Below are positions 1 to 7,355 of a DNA stretch of 42,107 nt, in pieces. The notes under the pieces are model-generated. The model worked only from the letters and a program-made list of their open reading frames with translations, did not search any database and had not been told where the DNA came from. Origin of the DNA: Lawsonibacter sp. (GTDB taxonomy: Bacteria > Bacillota > Clostridia > Oscillospirales > Oscillospiraceae); NCBI GenBank assembly GCA_022794495.1, contig JAAWEX010000001.1:1-42107 (forward strand). Direction: 5' to 3'. The first letter of the stretch is position 1. Each line of letters begins with the position of its first letter. A program made the translations under genes and the position numbers.

Positions 1-137
1 AGGAAGAAAAACCGCCAGCGCCCCCCAGTCCTCTTCCAAAAGAAAATCCCCAGTCCCAGAGGAAGGACCACTGTAAATATCCCGGCCAATGCCATGGCTG
101 TCATCGTGGCTTGGGCCACCATCAGATTATGTTCCAT
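1..137 (-). CDS. YhfC-like intramembrane metalloprotease, N-terminus (runs off window)
   Basis: Hand translation MEHNLMVAQATMTAMALAGIFTVVLPLGLGIFFWKRTGGRWRFFF; RBS AAAGGAG upstream; the hydrophobic helix plus basic loop resembles YhfC N-termini. Confidence 0.55.
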   Translation of the reverse strand, partial: MEHNLMVAQATMTAMALAGIFTVVLPLGLGIFFWKRTGGRWRFFF

Positions 138-250
138 GTTCTTCAGCTCCTTTCTGAGGACACCGTACACCATCCAGAAGGGGGAAGGTCAAGGGTTTTT
201 TGAAATTTTTTAAGCTTCCAGTGGGGGGAAGGGACAGCCTGCGGCCGTCC

Positions 251-922
251 CTACGAAATTTCTGTCACCGTCAGCCGCTCCCCCGCCACCCGGAATTTCA
301 CCTCCAGCCCGGCGAAGGCCATGCCGTAGACCCGGTCCGGGTCGTCCTGATACTGGGGGCGGGGGTCCTGGGCCAGCACGGCCAGCAGGGCGGCGCGCTT
401 GTCCTCCGGGACGCGGTCCAGCAGCGCCGGAGAGCAGTCCACCGCCAGGTCGGCCCCCTTGGGCTGGGCGGCGAAGCCGCCCACCGCGTCCGGCTTACAG
501 TCGGCGTAGGGCAGGTAGGGCTTCACATCGTAGATGGGGGTGCCGTCCAGCAGGTCGGCTCCGGCCACCACCAGAACGGGCCCCTGCGCCCGGTCCTGCC
601 GGATTTCCAGCAGCCGGACGCAGGACAACCCCAGGGGGTTGGGCCGGAAGGGGGACCGGGTGGCGAACACCCCCAGCCGCACGTTCCCTCCCAGCCGGGG
701 CGGCCGGACAGTGGGGGACCAGCCTTCCCGCCGGGCCTTGGAGAACTCCCAGATCAGCCAGACGTGGGAGAAGCCCTCCAGCCCCCGGAGGGCGCTGGGG
801 TCCCGGTATTCAGGCTCGAAGACCACCTCGGCGGTGAGCTCCTCCACCAGGCCGCTCTGCCGGGGGATGCCGAATTTTTCGGAGAAGTCGCTGTGGATAT
901 GGGCGATTGGCTGTATATCCAT
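251..922 (-). CDS. trmO: tRNA (N6-threonylcarbamoyladenosine(37)-N6)-methyltransferase TrmO/TsaA
   Basis: Motifs KFGIPRQSG, GLEGFSH, TVRPPRLGG, GVFATRSPFRPNPLGLS, DLLDGTPIYDVKPY, QDPRP; RBS AGGAGG. Confidence 0.93.
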   Translation of the reverse strand: MDIQPIAHIHSDFSEKFGIPRQSGLVEELTAEVVFEPEYRDPSALRGLEGFSHVWLIWEFSKARREGWSPTVRPPRLGGNVRLGVFATRSPFRPNPLGLSCVRLLEIRQDRAQGPVLVVAGADLLDGTPIYDVKPYLPYADCKPDAVGGFAAQPKGADLAVDCSPALLDRVPEDKRAALLAVLAQDPRPQYQDDPDRVYGMAFAGLEVKFRVAGERLTVTEIS

Positions 923-993
923 AAAAAATCCCTCCTGGGCCTATTATAGGCCACAGGAGAGATTTTGTCCAATCAGCTTCTGAATATTAGGGT

Positions 994-1317
994 TTACAGC
1001 TTTGGAACTGCCAGTTGTGTCAGCCATCTCTGCAATTTTTTTGCCGGAAATCCGGTCAATGAATAATTTTCTCCGGTTTTACTGTGGATTGTGACTTTGG
1101 AAATGAAAAGTATGGAGCCAACGGTGAACCCCTTTACTTCGCTGATTGGAAGGTCCATGAGAACCGTACCAGACAGGTCCATGTGAAAACAGACGCGCTG
1201 GTCTGTGACATAGATTTTCCCCTGAAAGGGCTTTTGGGTCAGGCCCTGCTTCTGATAAAGGGACATGGGCCCCTTGCCAATCAGTGTTTCTCCGGCCTGT
1301 AATTGAAATTTTGCCAT
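994..1317 (-). CDS. small PH/GRAM-like domain protein
   Basis: 107 aa from the ATG at 1317 with RBS AAAGGAG; QGKIYVTDQRVCF motif typical of bacterial PH/GRAM domains; lower GC than flanks. Confidence 0.65.
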   Translation of the reverse strand: MAKFQLQAGETLIGKGPMSLYQKQGLTQKPFQGKIYVTDQRVCFHMDLSGTVLMDLPISEVKGFTVGSILFISKVTIHSKTGENYSLTGFPAKKLQRWLTQLAVPKL

Positions 1318-1452
1318 AGCTGTCGTCTCCTTTCTATTCCGCGGCTTAGCGGTACGGCTCATTATATAACATTTTGTTTTGCCGGTCAAGATAACAAAAT
1401 GTTTTATCTATACTTTTTGTGTCTACCCTGATGTTGAAAGGAGCGGCGCAGA

Positions 1453-1674
1453 ATGTATAGGCGGATACGTGACTTGAGGGAAGATCATGACCTGCTTCAA
1501 AAGGATCTGGCAAAATATCTGCAATGCAGCCAAGTGAGCTATTCCCACTATGAATTGGGAAAGCGGGATATTCCAACAGACGTGCTGATCAAATTGGCGG
1601 CGTTTTACCATACCAGCACAGACTATTTGCTGGGACTTACCGATGTGCGGAAACCCTATCCCAACATGAAATGA
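1453..1674 (+). CDS. XRE-family helix-turn-helix transcriptional regulator
   Basis: RIRDLREDHDLLQKDLAKYL...YSHYELGKRDIP...STDYLLG; RBS AAAGGAG. Confidence 0.9.
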   Translation: MYRRIRDLREDHDLLQKDLAKYLQCSQVSYSHYELGKRDIPTDVLIKLAAFYHTSTDYLLGLTDVRKPYPNMK

Positions 1675-1766
1675 CAGAAAAGGGGCCGCAAATATGAATT
1701 GCTTGTGTATTTGGGCCGGTTTATGGTAGGATGAGGGCAGAACAGAAGGACGGGGAGGAAAAATGA

Positions 1767-1794
1767 GAGGGGGCCGCACAGGCGGCCCCCTTCT
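1767..1794. terminator. GC-rich hairpin between the convergent XRE and CBS genes
   Basis: AGGGGGCCGC-ACAG-GCGGCCCCCT inverted repeat. Confidence 0.6.
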
Positions 1795-2223
1795 CTATGG
1801 TATGATGATATTCTCCGAAATCTCGCACAGGGCCTGGGCGGCCTCTATGTCATACCGGCCGCTGCGGGCCAGGTCAGACAGGGAGATCACCCCCACCAGC
1901 TTCCCGTCCTCCACCACCGGCAGGCGGCGGACCTGGTGGAGGGCCATCAGCCGGGTGGCCTCCCGGCAGTCGTCCCCGGGGGTGACGGTGGCACAGGAGC
2001 GGGTCATGATATCACGCACCGGGGTCTGGGCCGGGTCCTCCTCGGCGGCCACGCACCGCAGGACGATGTCCCGGTCGGTGACCATCCCCCGCAGCCGGCG
2101 GTCCGGTGAGCACACGGGCAGCGCCCCCACGTTGTGCCGGCTGATGAGCCGGGCGGCCAGGGCCGCGGAGGAGCCGGGCTCCACCGTTACCGCGCCGGGG
2201 TTCATAAGTTCCTTCACCTGCAT
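1795..2223 (-). CDS. CBS-domain pair protein
   Basis: VGALPV, GMVTDRDIVLR, VRRLPVVEDGKLVGVISLSDLA. Confidence 0.9.
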   Translation of the reverse strand: MQVKELMNPGAVTVEPGSSAALAARLISRHNVGALPVCSPDRRLRGMVTDRDIVLRCVAAEEDPAQTPVRDIMTRSCATVTPGDDCREATRLMALHQVRRLPVVEDGKLVGVISLSDLARSGRYDIEAAQALCEISENIIIP

Positions 2224-2333
2224 GGAAAACCACCCTTTCGGCCAAAATCGGTTTACCGCCAGTCTGCCCGGAAAAGCGGGGGACTATACCCCGGCGCGGG
2301 GGAGAAATTTGCATAAATTGGCAGTCTTTCCCC

Positions 2334-2362
2334 TTGCCAAAGGGGGCAAAGGGTGGTACAAT
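2334..2362 (+). promoter_or_regulatory. sigma70-type promoter for mgtE
   Basis: TTGCCA(2334-2339)-17 nt-TACAAT(2357-2362) with extended -10 TG. Confidence 0.75.
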
Positions 2363-2397
2363 AGCGTAAGATGTAAAGAAAACATAAAAATTGCATC

Positions 2398-2603
2398 GGA
2401 GAGGAAGTGGGACCTGAAATGGAAGGCCGAAGTTGCCAGACAGGCACAAAGGAGAGCTGCCACGAACAGGGGGCGGCGGACCGGGGCCGGAACGGGTCCC
2501 CGCCTCGCCGCCGGTAATCCAGAGGGACCAGCGTCCTTCTCCTTGTCACGTGCAGCCACAGGCCCGCCGCGCCCAAGAGGGGTACGGCGTGCCTGTGGCT
2601 TTT
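2398..2603 (+). promoter_or_regulatory. structured mgtE 5' leader with intrinsic terminator (candidate attenuator/riboswitch)
   Basis: GGAGAGGA(2398-2405) pairs with TCCTTCTCC(2534-2542); GC hairpin at 2472-2512; terminator AGCCACAGGC(2554-2563)/GCCTGTGGCT(2591-2600)+TTT; 32-codon uORF at 2419-2517. Confidence 0.65.
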
Positions 2604-2641
2604 GTGCCTCGCGTTTGAGAAAGCGAGAGGAGGAGAACACA

Positions 2642-3985
2642 ATGCACGATAACTACAACCTGGACCAGCTGATGGAGCTGGTTCAGGAGCGGAAATTCCG
2701 CGCCCTGCGGGAAATTCTAGTGGAAATGAACGAGGTGGACATCGCCGAATTTTTGGATGAGCTGGAGGTAAACCAGGAGATTTTGGTCTTCCGCCTGCTG
2801 CCAAAGGCCATGGCGGCGGAGGTCTTCGCCTATCTGGAGGAGGACCAGGAGAAGCTGATCGGCGCCCTCAGCGACAAGGAGCTGCGCGAGGTGCTGGACG
2901 AGCTGTATCTGGATGACACGGTGGACCTGATCGAGGACCTGCCCGCCAACCTGGTCAGCCGCATCCTGCGCAACACCGACGCCTCCACCCGCAGCCAGAT
3001 CAACCAGCTGCTCAACTACCCCAAGGACTCCGCCGGCTCGCTGATGACCACCGAGTTTGTCTATCTCCACCCCAGCAACACGGTTGAGGAGTCCTTCGCC
3101 CGCATCCGGAAGGTGGGCCTGGACAAGGAGACGGTATATACCTGCTATGTCACCGCTAACCGGGTGCTTCAGGGCGTGGTAACGGTAAAACGGTTGCTCC
3201 TGTCCACCTACGAGACCAAAATCAGCGATATCATGGAGACCAACGTGGTGTCTGTCCCCACCCACGAGGACAAGGAGGAGGTCGCCCAGCTCTTCTCCAA
3301 GTACGACCTCACCGCCCTGCCCGTGGTGGACGGGGAGGACCGGCTGGTGGGCATCATCACCGTGGACGACGCCATGGACGTTATGGAGGAGGAGGCCACC
3401 GAGGACATCGAGAAGATGGCCGCCATCCTGCCCACCGACAAGCCATACTTCCAGACCGGCGTAGTGGAGACCTGGAAGCACCGCATCCCCTGGCTGCTGC
3501 TGCTGATGATCTCCGCCACCTTTACCGGCACCATTCTGGGCTTTTTCGAGGAGGCTCTGGCCGCCAACGCCGCCCTCACCCTGTTCATCCCTATGCTTAT
3601 GGACACCGGAGGCAACTCCGGCGGACAGGCGTCAGTGACCATTATCCGCGCTATGTCCCTGGGGGATGTGGAGTTTGCCGACTGGCTGCGGGTAATCTGG
3701 AAGGAGCTGCGGGTATCTGTCCTGTGCGCCCTCACCCTGGGGGTGGTGGTCTTCGGCAAGGTGATGCTGCTGGACCGAAAGGATGCGACCGTGGCGTCGG
3801 TGGTAGCGCTGACCATCTTCTTTACCATCGTCATCGCCAAGCTCATCGGCTGCACCCTGCCTATGCTGGCCAAGCGCCTGGGCTTCGACCCCGCCGTCAT
3901 GGCCTCCCCCTTTATCACCACCGTGGTGGACGCCCTGTCCCTGCTGGTCTACTTCGCCATCGCCACCCAGATTCTGGGACTATAA
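2642..3985 (+). CDS. mgtE: magnesium transporter MgtE
   Basis: MgtE N domain, CBS pair (SAGSLMTTEFV, GIITVDDAMD) and TM motifs (RIPWLLLLM, MDTGGNSGGQ, DPAVMASPFITTVVD); RBS GAGGAGG before the ATG at 2642. Confidence 0.95.
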   Translation: MHDNYNLDQLMELVQERKFRALREILVEMNEVDIAEFLDELEVNQEILVFRLLPKAMAAEVFAYLEEDQEKLIGALSDKELREVLDELYLDDTVDLIEDLPANLVSRILRNTDASTRSQINQLLNYPKDSAGSLMTTEFVYLHPSNTVEESFARIRKVGLDKETVYTCYVTANRVLQGVVTVKRLLLSTYETKISDIMETNVVSVPTHEDKEEVAQLFSKYDLTALPVVDGEDRLVGIITVDDAMDVMEEEATEDIEKMAAILPTDKPYFQTGVVETWKHRIPWLLLLMISATFTGTILGFFEEALAANAALTLFIPMLMDTGGNSGGQASVTIIRAMSLGDVEFADWLRVIWKELRVSVLCALTLGVVVFGKVMLLDRKDATVASVVALTIFFTIVIAKLIGCTLPMLAKRLGFDPAVMASPFITTVVDALSLLVYFAIATQILGL

Positions 3986-4270
3986 GCGACGCCCCCGGCC
4001 TGAAGCCGGGGGCGCTGTACTGTCAAAAAGCACCCCAGTGCAAAAAGCATACTCAAAAAGCTCTACCTCCTGGATTGCGCCGGCCTGTGCCTGCAAGTCC
4101 TGCATCTCCTCAAATTTCTTGTATTCTTCAGGGGACAACAGTGTTTCAAAATGAGTAACCATCTTGTCAATCTTATCGGTGAGCACAGCAAATTCGGGGT
4201 CGCGTATGCGTCTGCGCTCCCATGGGCTGATATTTCCATAATAAAGTTCGTGTATCATGGATTCCCTCAT
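3980..4270 (-). CDS. small hypothetical protein, DUF6809-like
   Basis: MIHELYYGNISPWE...LLSPEE...ELFEYAFCTGV pattern typical of this Clostridial family; RBS AAAGGGGG; C-terminus runs into the mgtE terminator. Confidence 0.6.
   Translation of the reverse strand: MRESMIHELYYGNISPWERRRIRDPEFAVLTDKIDKMVTHFETLLSPEEYKKFEEMQDLQAQAGAIQEVELFEYAFCTGVLFDSTAPPASGRGRRL
3988..4015. terminator. terminator hairpin after mgtE
   Basis: CGCCCCCGGC-CTGAA-GCCGGGGGCG. Confidence 0.7.
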
Positions 4271-4350
4271 GGCCCATCCCCCTTTCTATTGCAGGGCCTT
4301 TCCAGAATATTTTCCACGTTTAAACCGTCCTTTCTTTTTTCCGATATTGC

Positions 4351-4462
4351 TTGAAAGGAAAGCTGACGCATGGTATAATATTTACGTCGCTTTTGCCTTT
4401 TGGCAATAGTCGGATGAGGAAGTGGCGTGTTTCTTTGATCGGTGGGCGCCACTTCCTTCTAT
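4351..4462 (+). ncRNA. candidate antisense sRNA (promoter plus terminator) in RHH cassette 1
   Basis: TTGAAA(4351-4356)-17-TGG TATAAT(4374-4379), then hairpin AGGAAGTGGCG...CGCCACTTCCT followed by TCTATTT. Confidence 0.55.
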
Positions 4463-4638
4463 TTCCCCTCGAGGTCGTCGTGTACCTTATGGACACCACG
4501 CCTGACTATTTCCGCCTTTGATACTTCGAGTTTTTTAGCACACTCGTCCAGCCTTTCGGCTGTTTCTTTATCAAGGCGGACTTTCAGGGAAATGTCTTTG
4601 GGATTATCGGTAGGACGACCCATTTTTTTACTCCCCAA
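4459..4638 (-). CDS. CopG/Arc-like ribbon-helix-helix protein
   Basis: KKMGRPTDNPKDISLKVRLDKETAERLDECAKKLEVSKAEIVRRGV; RBS GAGGTG before a TTG; start codon uncertain. Confidence 0.7.
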   Translation of the reverse strand: MGSKKMGRPTDNPKDISLKVRLDKETAERLDECAKKLEVSKAEIVRRGVHKVHDDLEGK

Positions 4639-4659
4639 TATCATCACCTCACTTTTTGG

Positions 4660-4698
4660 GGTCGCTTATATTATAACTTACCGACGCCGTTAAGTCAA
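4660..4698 (-). promoter_or_regulatory. sigma70 promoter of RHH cassette 1 with imperfect inverted-repeat operator
   Basis: Minus strand TTGACT-17-TATAAT; GGCGTCGGTAA and TAAGCGACCCC flank the -10 as an imperfect inverted repeat. Confidence 0.7.
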
Positions 4699-4750
4699 GG
4701 GGATTTGAGAAAAAAGACGGCCCCCGGCGTAAACCGGAGGCCGTTTCCGC

Positions 4751-5074
4751 TCACAGGTCATCCATATTCCGCAGGTAGGCCTCTGCGCCGTAGCGCAGGC
4801 AGCGGCGCAGGCGGTGTTCCCCCCGCTTGATGGTGCGGGAGACGGTGGACTTGTCCACCCCCATCGACTCCCCGATCTCCCGCATATTTTTCCCCTCGGC
4901 GTAGTACAGCAGCAGCACCTGGCGCTGCTTTTCCGTCACATCCTCCCGCAGGGCACGGATCAGGTTGCGCTTCAGGCGGCTGATCTCCTGGCTGTTGTCG
5001 GCGGCCATCTGGCGGGAGTACATGGCCATATCGGCGGCATAAAGCTTTCCCTTTCTATATCGTGTATTTGGCAT
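4751..5074 (-). CDS. stand-alone sigma70 region-4 (HTH) domain protein
   Basis: VTEKQRQVLLLYYAEGKNMREIGESMGVDKSTVSRTIKRG. Confidence 0.85.
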   Translation of the reverse strand: MPNTRYRKGKLYAADMAMYSRQMAADNSQEISRLKRNLIRALREDVTEKQRQVLLLYYAEGKNMREIGESMGVDKSTVSRTIKRGEHRLRRCLRYGAEAYLRNMDDL

Positions 5075-5288
5075 TGCGGCGATACCCCCTGTCGTAGTAG
5101 CGCTCTGTCAAAACGGCCAGCTCGTTGGCCTCCCGCAGCATGGTGGACAGCATCCGGATGCGGTCCTGGAGCTGACAGCGCTTATCCGCGTTTTTTGTGC
5201 CCTCCAGCAGGTACTCCAGCTGGCAGATCCGCAGGTCCAGGGCGTGGGCGTGGGCCCGGTACTCCAGCGACAGCTCAGCTAACGTCAT
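5055..5288 (-). CDS. hypothetical coiled-coil protein
   Basis: 77 aa ORF with RBS AGGAGG, overlapping both neighbours in an operon-like arrangement. Confidence 0.75.
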   Translation of the reverse strand: MTLAELSLEYRAHAHALDLRICQLEYLLEGTKNADKRCQLQDRIRMLSTMLREANELAVLTERYYDRGYRRNAKYTI

Positions 5289-5460
5289 AGCAATCCTCCT
5301 TATCCTTATCTCTCAAACACCGGGCGCACAGAAGCCTTCCGTGTCTGCTTCCGCCCCGGTCGAAACTGTACTGCTCTTCGCCGCACCGGGCACAGAGCCA
5401 GCCTGGACGCTGCCTCTGTATGTCCCAAAGGGGCGGAGCGAAAAAAATTTTCTTTTCTAC
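5275..5460 (-). CDS. small CxxC...CxxC zinc-ribbon protein (start codon uncertain)
   Basis: LCARCGEEQY...LLCARCLR; overlaps the downstream gene start; RBS-like GAGGT is followed by GTA rather than a canonical start. Confidence 0.5.
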   Translation of the reverse strand, partial: VEKKIFFAPPLWDIQRQRPGWLCARCGEEQYSFDRGGSRHGRLLCARCLRDKDKEDCYDVS

Positions 5461-5489
5461 TTGACATACCTCACTTTCTTTGTTATAAT
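5461..5489 (+). promoter_or_regulatory. consensus sigma70 promoter of the tRNA pair
   Basis: TTGACA-17-TATAAT with extended TG. Confidence 0.9.
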
Positions 5490-5520
5490 AGCGTTCGCTG
5501 TTGGTGGACAGCCGCCATGT

Positions 5521-5596
5521 GCTGGTGTAGCTCAGCCGGTAGAGCAGCTGATTTGTAATCAGCAGGTCGGGGGTTCGAATCCGTCCACCAGCTCCA
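5521..5596 (+). tRNA. tRNA-Thr(TGT)
   Basis: 76-nt cloverleaf, GCTGGTG/CACCAGC acceptor stem, anticodon loop TTTGTAA, GGTTCGAATCC, encoded CCA. Confidence 0.97.
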
Positions 5597-5736
5597 CATC
5601 GACACAAGCGCTGGATCGCTCGCTTCCGTGCAGGCACGAGAGCTCGTTCCCTTCGCTGTGTCTCCTTTCCAAATCGAACCCGCTTCGCTGGACTTCGGTT
5701 TGGGGCCGCCCCGCAGGCGGCCATACAATCGCATAC
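5597..5736. repeat. structured inter-tRNA spacer, possible short interspersed palindromic element
   Basis: 140-nt spacer with nested imperfect palindromes (GACAC...GTGTC; CCAAATCGAA...TTCGGTTTGG; GGCCGCC...GGCGGCC) and repeated CGCTTCGCT-like words. Confidence 0.35.
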
Positions 5737-5821
5737 GGAGGAGTTCCCGAGTGGCCAAAGGGGGCAGACTGTAAATCTGTTGCGTTTTGCTTCGGTGGTT
5801 CGAATCCACCCTCCTCCACCA
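5737..5821 (+). tRNA. tRNA-Tyr(GTA)
   Basis: 85 nt with long variable arm, GGAGGAG/CTCCTCC acceptor stem, anticodon loop CTGTAAA, encoded CCA. Confidence 0.97.
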
Positions 5822-5822
5822 G

Positions 5823-5860
5823 CTTGGAGTAAAGATTGCTTTACTCCAAGTTTTTTATTT
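5823..5860 (+). terminator. intrinsic terminator after tRNA-Tyr
   Basis: CTTGGAGTAAAG-ATTG-CTTTACTCCAAG followed by a T tract. Confidence 0.85.
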
Positions 5861-5900
5861 TCAGGCACTTTTTTCCACCAGTTAAGAGCACAAAGGAATA

Positions 5901-5955
5901 GAACGTATGTCCCATTTCCTTTGTATATCATACATTTGTTCTACCACCTTGTCAA
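5901..5955 (-). promoter_or_regulatory. sigma70 promoter overlapped by two LexA (Cheo)-like boxes
   Basis: Minus strand TTGACA(5955-5950)-17-TATGAT(5932-5927); GAACGTATGTCC (5901-5912) and minus-strand GAACAAATGTAT (5941-5930) resemble GAAC-N4-GTTC. Confidence 0.55.
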
Positions 5956-6059
5956 CCGCTTTTGCCGAGCATTTTGCGCGGCAAAGACCGAAATAAGGGA
6001 CTTTTATCACCCTGGCTTTCAAGGCCGAGACCCACTGACCCACACGGAAAAATGTCTGA

Positions 6060-6108
6060 AAACGCCACAAGCGCGCCGGATACAGAATCCAGCGCGCTTG
6101 TGGCGTTT
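6060..6108 (-). terminator. terminator of the minus-strand Mo operon
   Basis: AAACGCCACAAGCGCGC...GCGCGCTTGTGGCGTTT long stem. Confidence 0.75.
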
Positions 6109-6144
6109 CCTTACAGCCAGGATGAGGATGTCCACCGATATTCC

Positions 6145-6492
6145 TTATTCATGCCCTGAGCAGCCAGGACCGCCCACATAGTCGGAAATCATGTCCAGGC
6201 GGTAAGCCTCCATGGCCTCCACCGCCTGCTCCACCGTCATCCCGGCAGCCAGATACCGGGTAACGCCCGCCTGCGCGATGGTCTCAAAAAAATCGGCGTC
6301 ATGGACCGGGCCGCACAGCAGGGCCTCACACTGGGTGTCAACGATATGCCGGGCCAGGTCATCCGTAACGTAACGGGCCGGGGCGCCGGTCTCCAGATCA
6401 AAAATCATCACGCCCTTTGCCTCCTCCATCGTATCGGGAATCAGGGCAGATCTGTCATTTTTGTCAGCAGCGGCAGCAATCATCATAGTCAT
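6145..6492 (-). CDS. NifX/NifB-like (dinitrogenase FeMo-cofactor biosynthesis family) small protein
   Basis: 115 aa with MIAAAAD...MIFDLE...CEALLCGP...AGVTRY pattern of NifX-fold proteins; RBS AGGAGG. Confidence 0.6.
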   Translation of the reverse strand: MTMMIAAAADKNDRSALIPDTMEEAKGVMIFDLETGAPARYVTDDLARHIVDTQCEALLCGPVHDADFFETIAQAGVTRYLAAGMTVEQAVEAMEAYRLDMISDYVGGPGCSGHE

Positions 6493-6498
6493 TTCCTC

Positions 6499-7351
6499 CT
6501 ATTCTTCAAACAACAATATGTCCCGCGGCGCAATGGCGGCGGTGAACTCCTCTTTTTCCTCCAGGGCCCGCCAGGCCGCCTTGTCCAGCTCCATCCGCAG
6601 AGGAGGGGCGTCCCGGGCAGCCCCCCGGGGGGACAGCGTCTGTAAAGTTTTTGCAGCCGGACAGCCGGGCGGCGGCCTCGGTACCTGGGGTGTGGAAGAG
6701 CTGGGACAGGTCCTGGACCGGACAGGACTGCCCCCGGTCGATGACGCACACCCGCTGGCAGCTGCGGAACACCTCCCCCCGGTCGTGGGACACCCAGAGG
6801 ACCGTGCCGGGGAACTGGTCCAGCGTCTCCATCAGCTCCAGCTCCAGCTGGTACTTGAGATAGCTGTCCAAAGCGGAAAAGGGCTCGTCCAGCAGCAGGG
6901 TCCGGGGATCCGAGGCCAGAATCCGGGCCAGAGCCGCCCGCTGCTGCTGGCCTCCGGACAGCTGGCCCGGCCGCTGGTCCGCCACCCGCTCCAGCTGAAA
7001 ACGGCGGAGCAGTTCAGAGGATACCCGCTCCCGCTTCCCCCGGTCCCGAACGGCGGCGGCGATGTTCTGGGCCACCGTCATGTTGGGAAACAGGGCGTAC
7101 TGCTGGAACAGGTAGCCTACCCGGCGGCGCTGGGGAGGCAGGCTGATTTTGGCGGCACTGTCAAAGAGTGTAATGCCGTCCAGAACAATCTTCCCCCCGT
7201 CCGGCGTCATGATCCCGGCAATGCACCGCAGAGTCACCGACTTGCCGCAGCCCGAGGCTCCCAGAAGAGCCAGACGCTCCTCCTCCGCCTCAAACTGAAT
7301 CTGAAGGCGGAACCCGCCCAGCTGTTTTTGAATGTCTACCGATAGGGCCAT
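6499..7351 (-). pseudogene. modC: molybdate ABC ATPase ModC with frameshifting internal deletion near the C-terminus
   Basis: Walker [28 protein letters not shown]; after FTDAVP the plausible C-terminus (PLRMELDKAAW...PRDILLFEE*) lies in another frame, joined at CCCCCCGGGGGG (6621-6632). Confidence 0.75.
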
Positions 7352-7355
7352 ATTC

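Noticed and set aside
2370-2610. Canonical M-box (ykoK) riboswitch
   Set aside because: Expected by context, but I cannot find its conserved sequence words; reported instead as an unassigned leader
1763-2641. 293-aa N-terminal extension of MgtE in the 740-aa ORF
   Set aside because: It is antisense to the CBS gene and crosses the promoter and leader; the real start is the ATG at 2642 with a strong RBS
5197-5931. Long ORFs on both strands spanning the tRNA genes
   Set aside because: They overlap bona fide tRNAs; only the Cys-rich 3' part of the minus ORF looks coding
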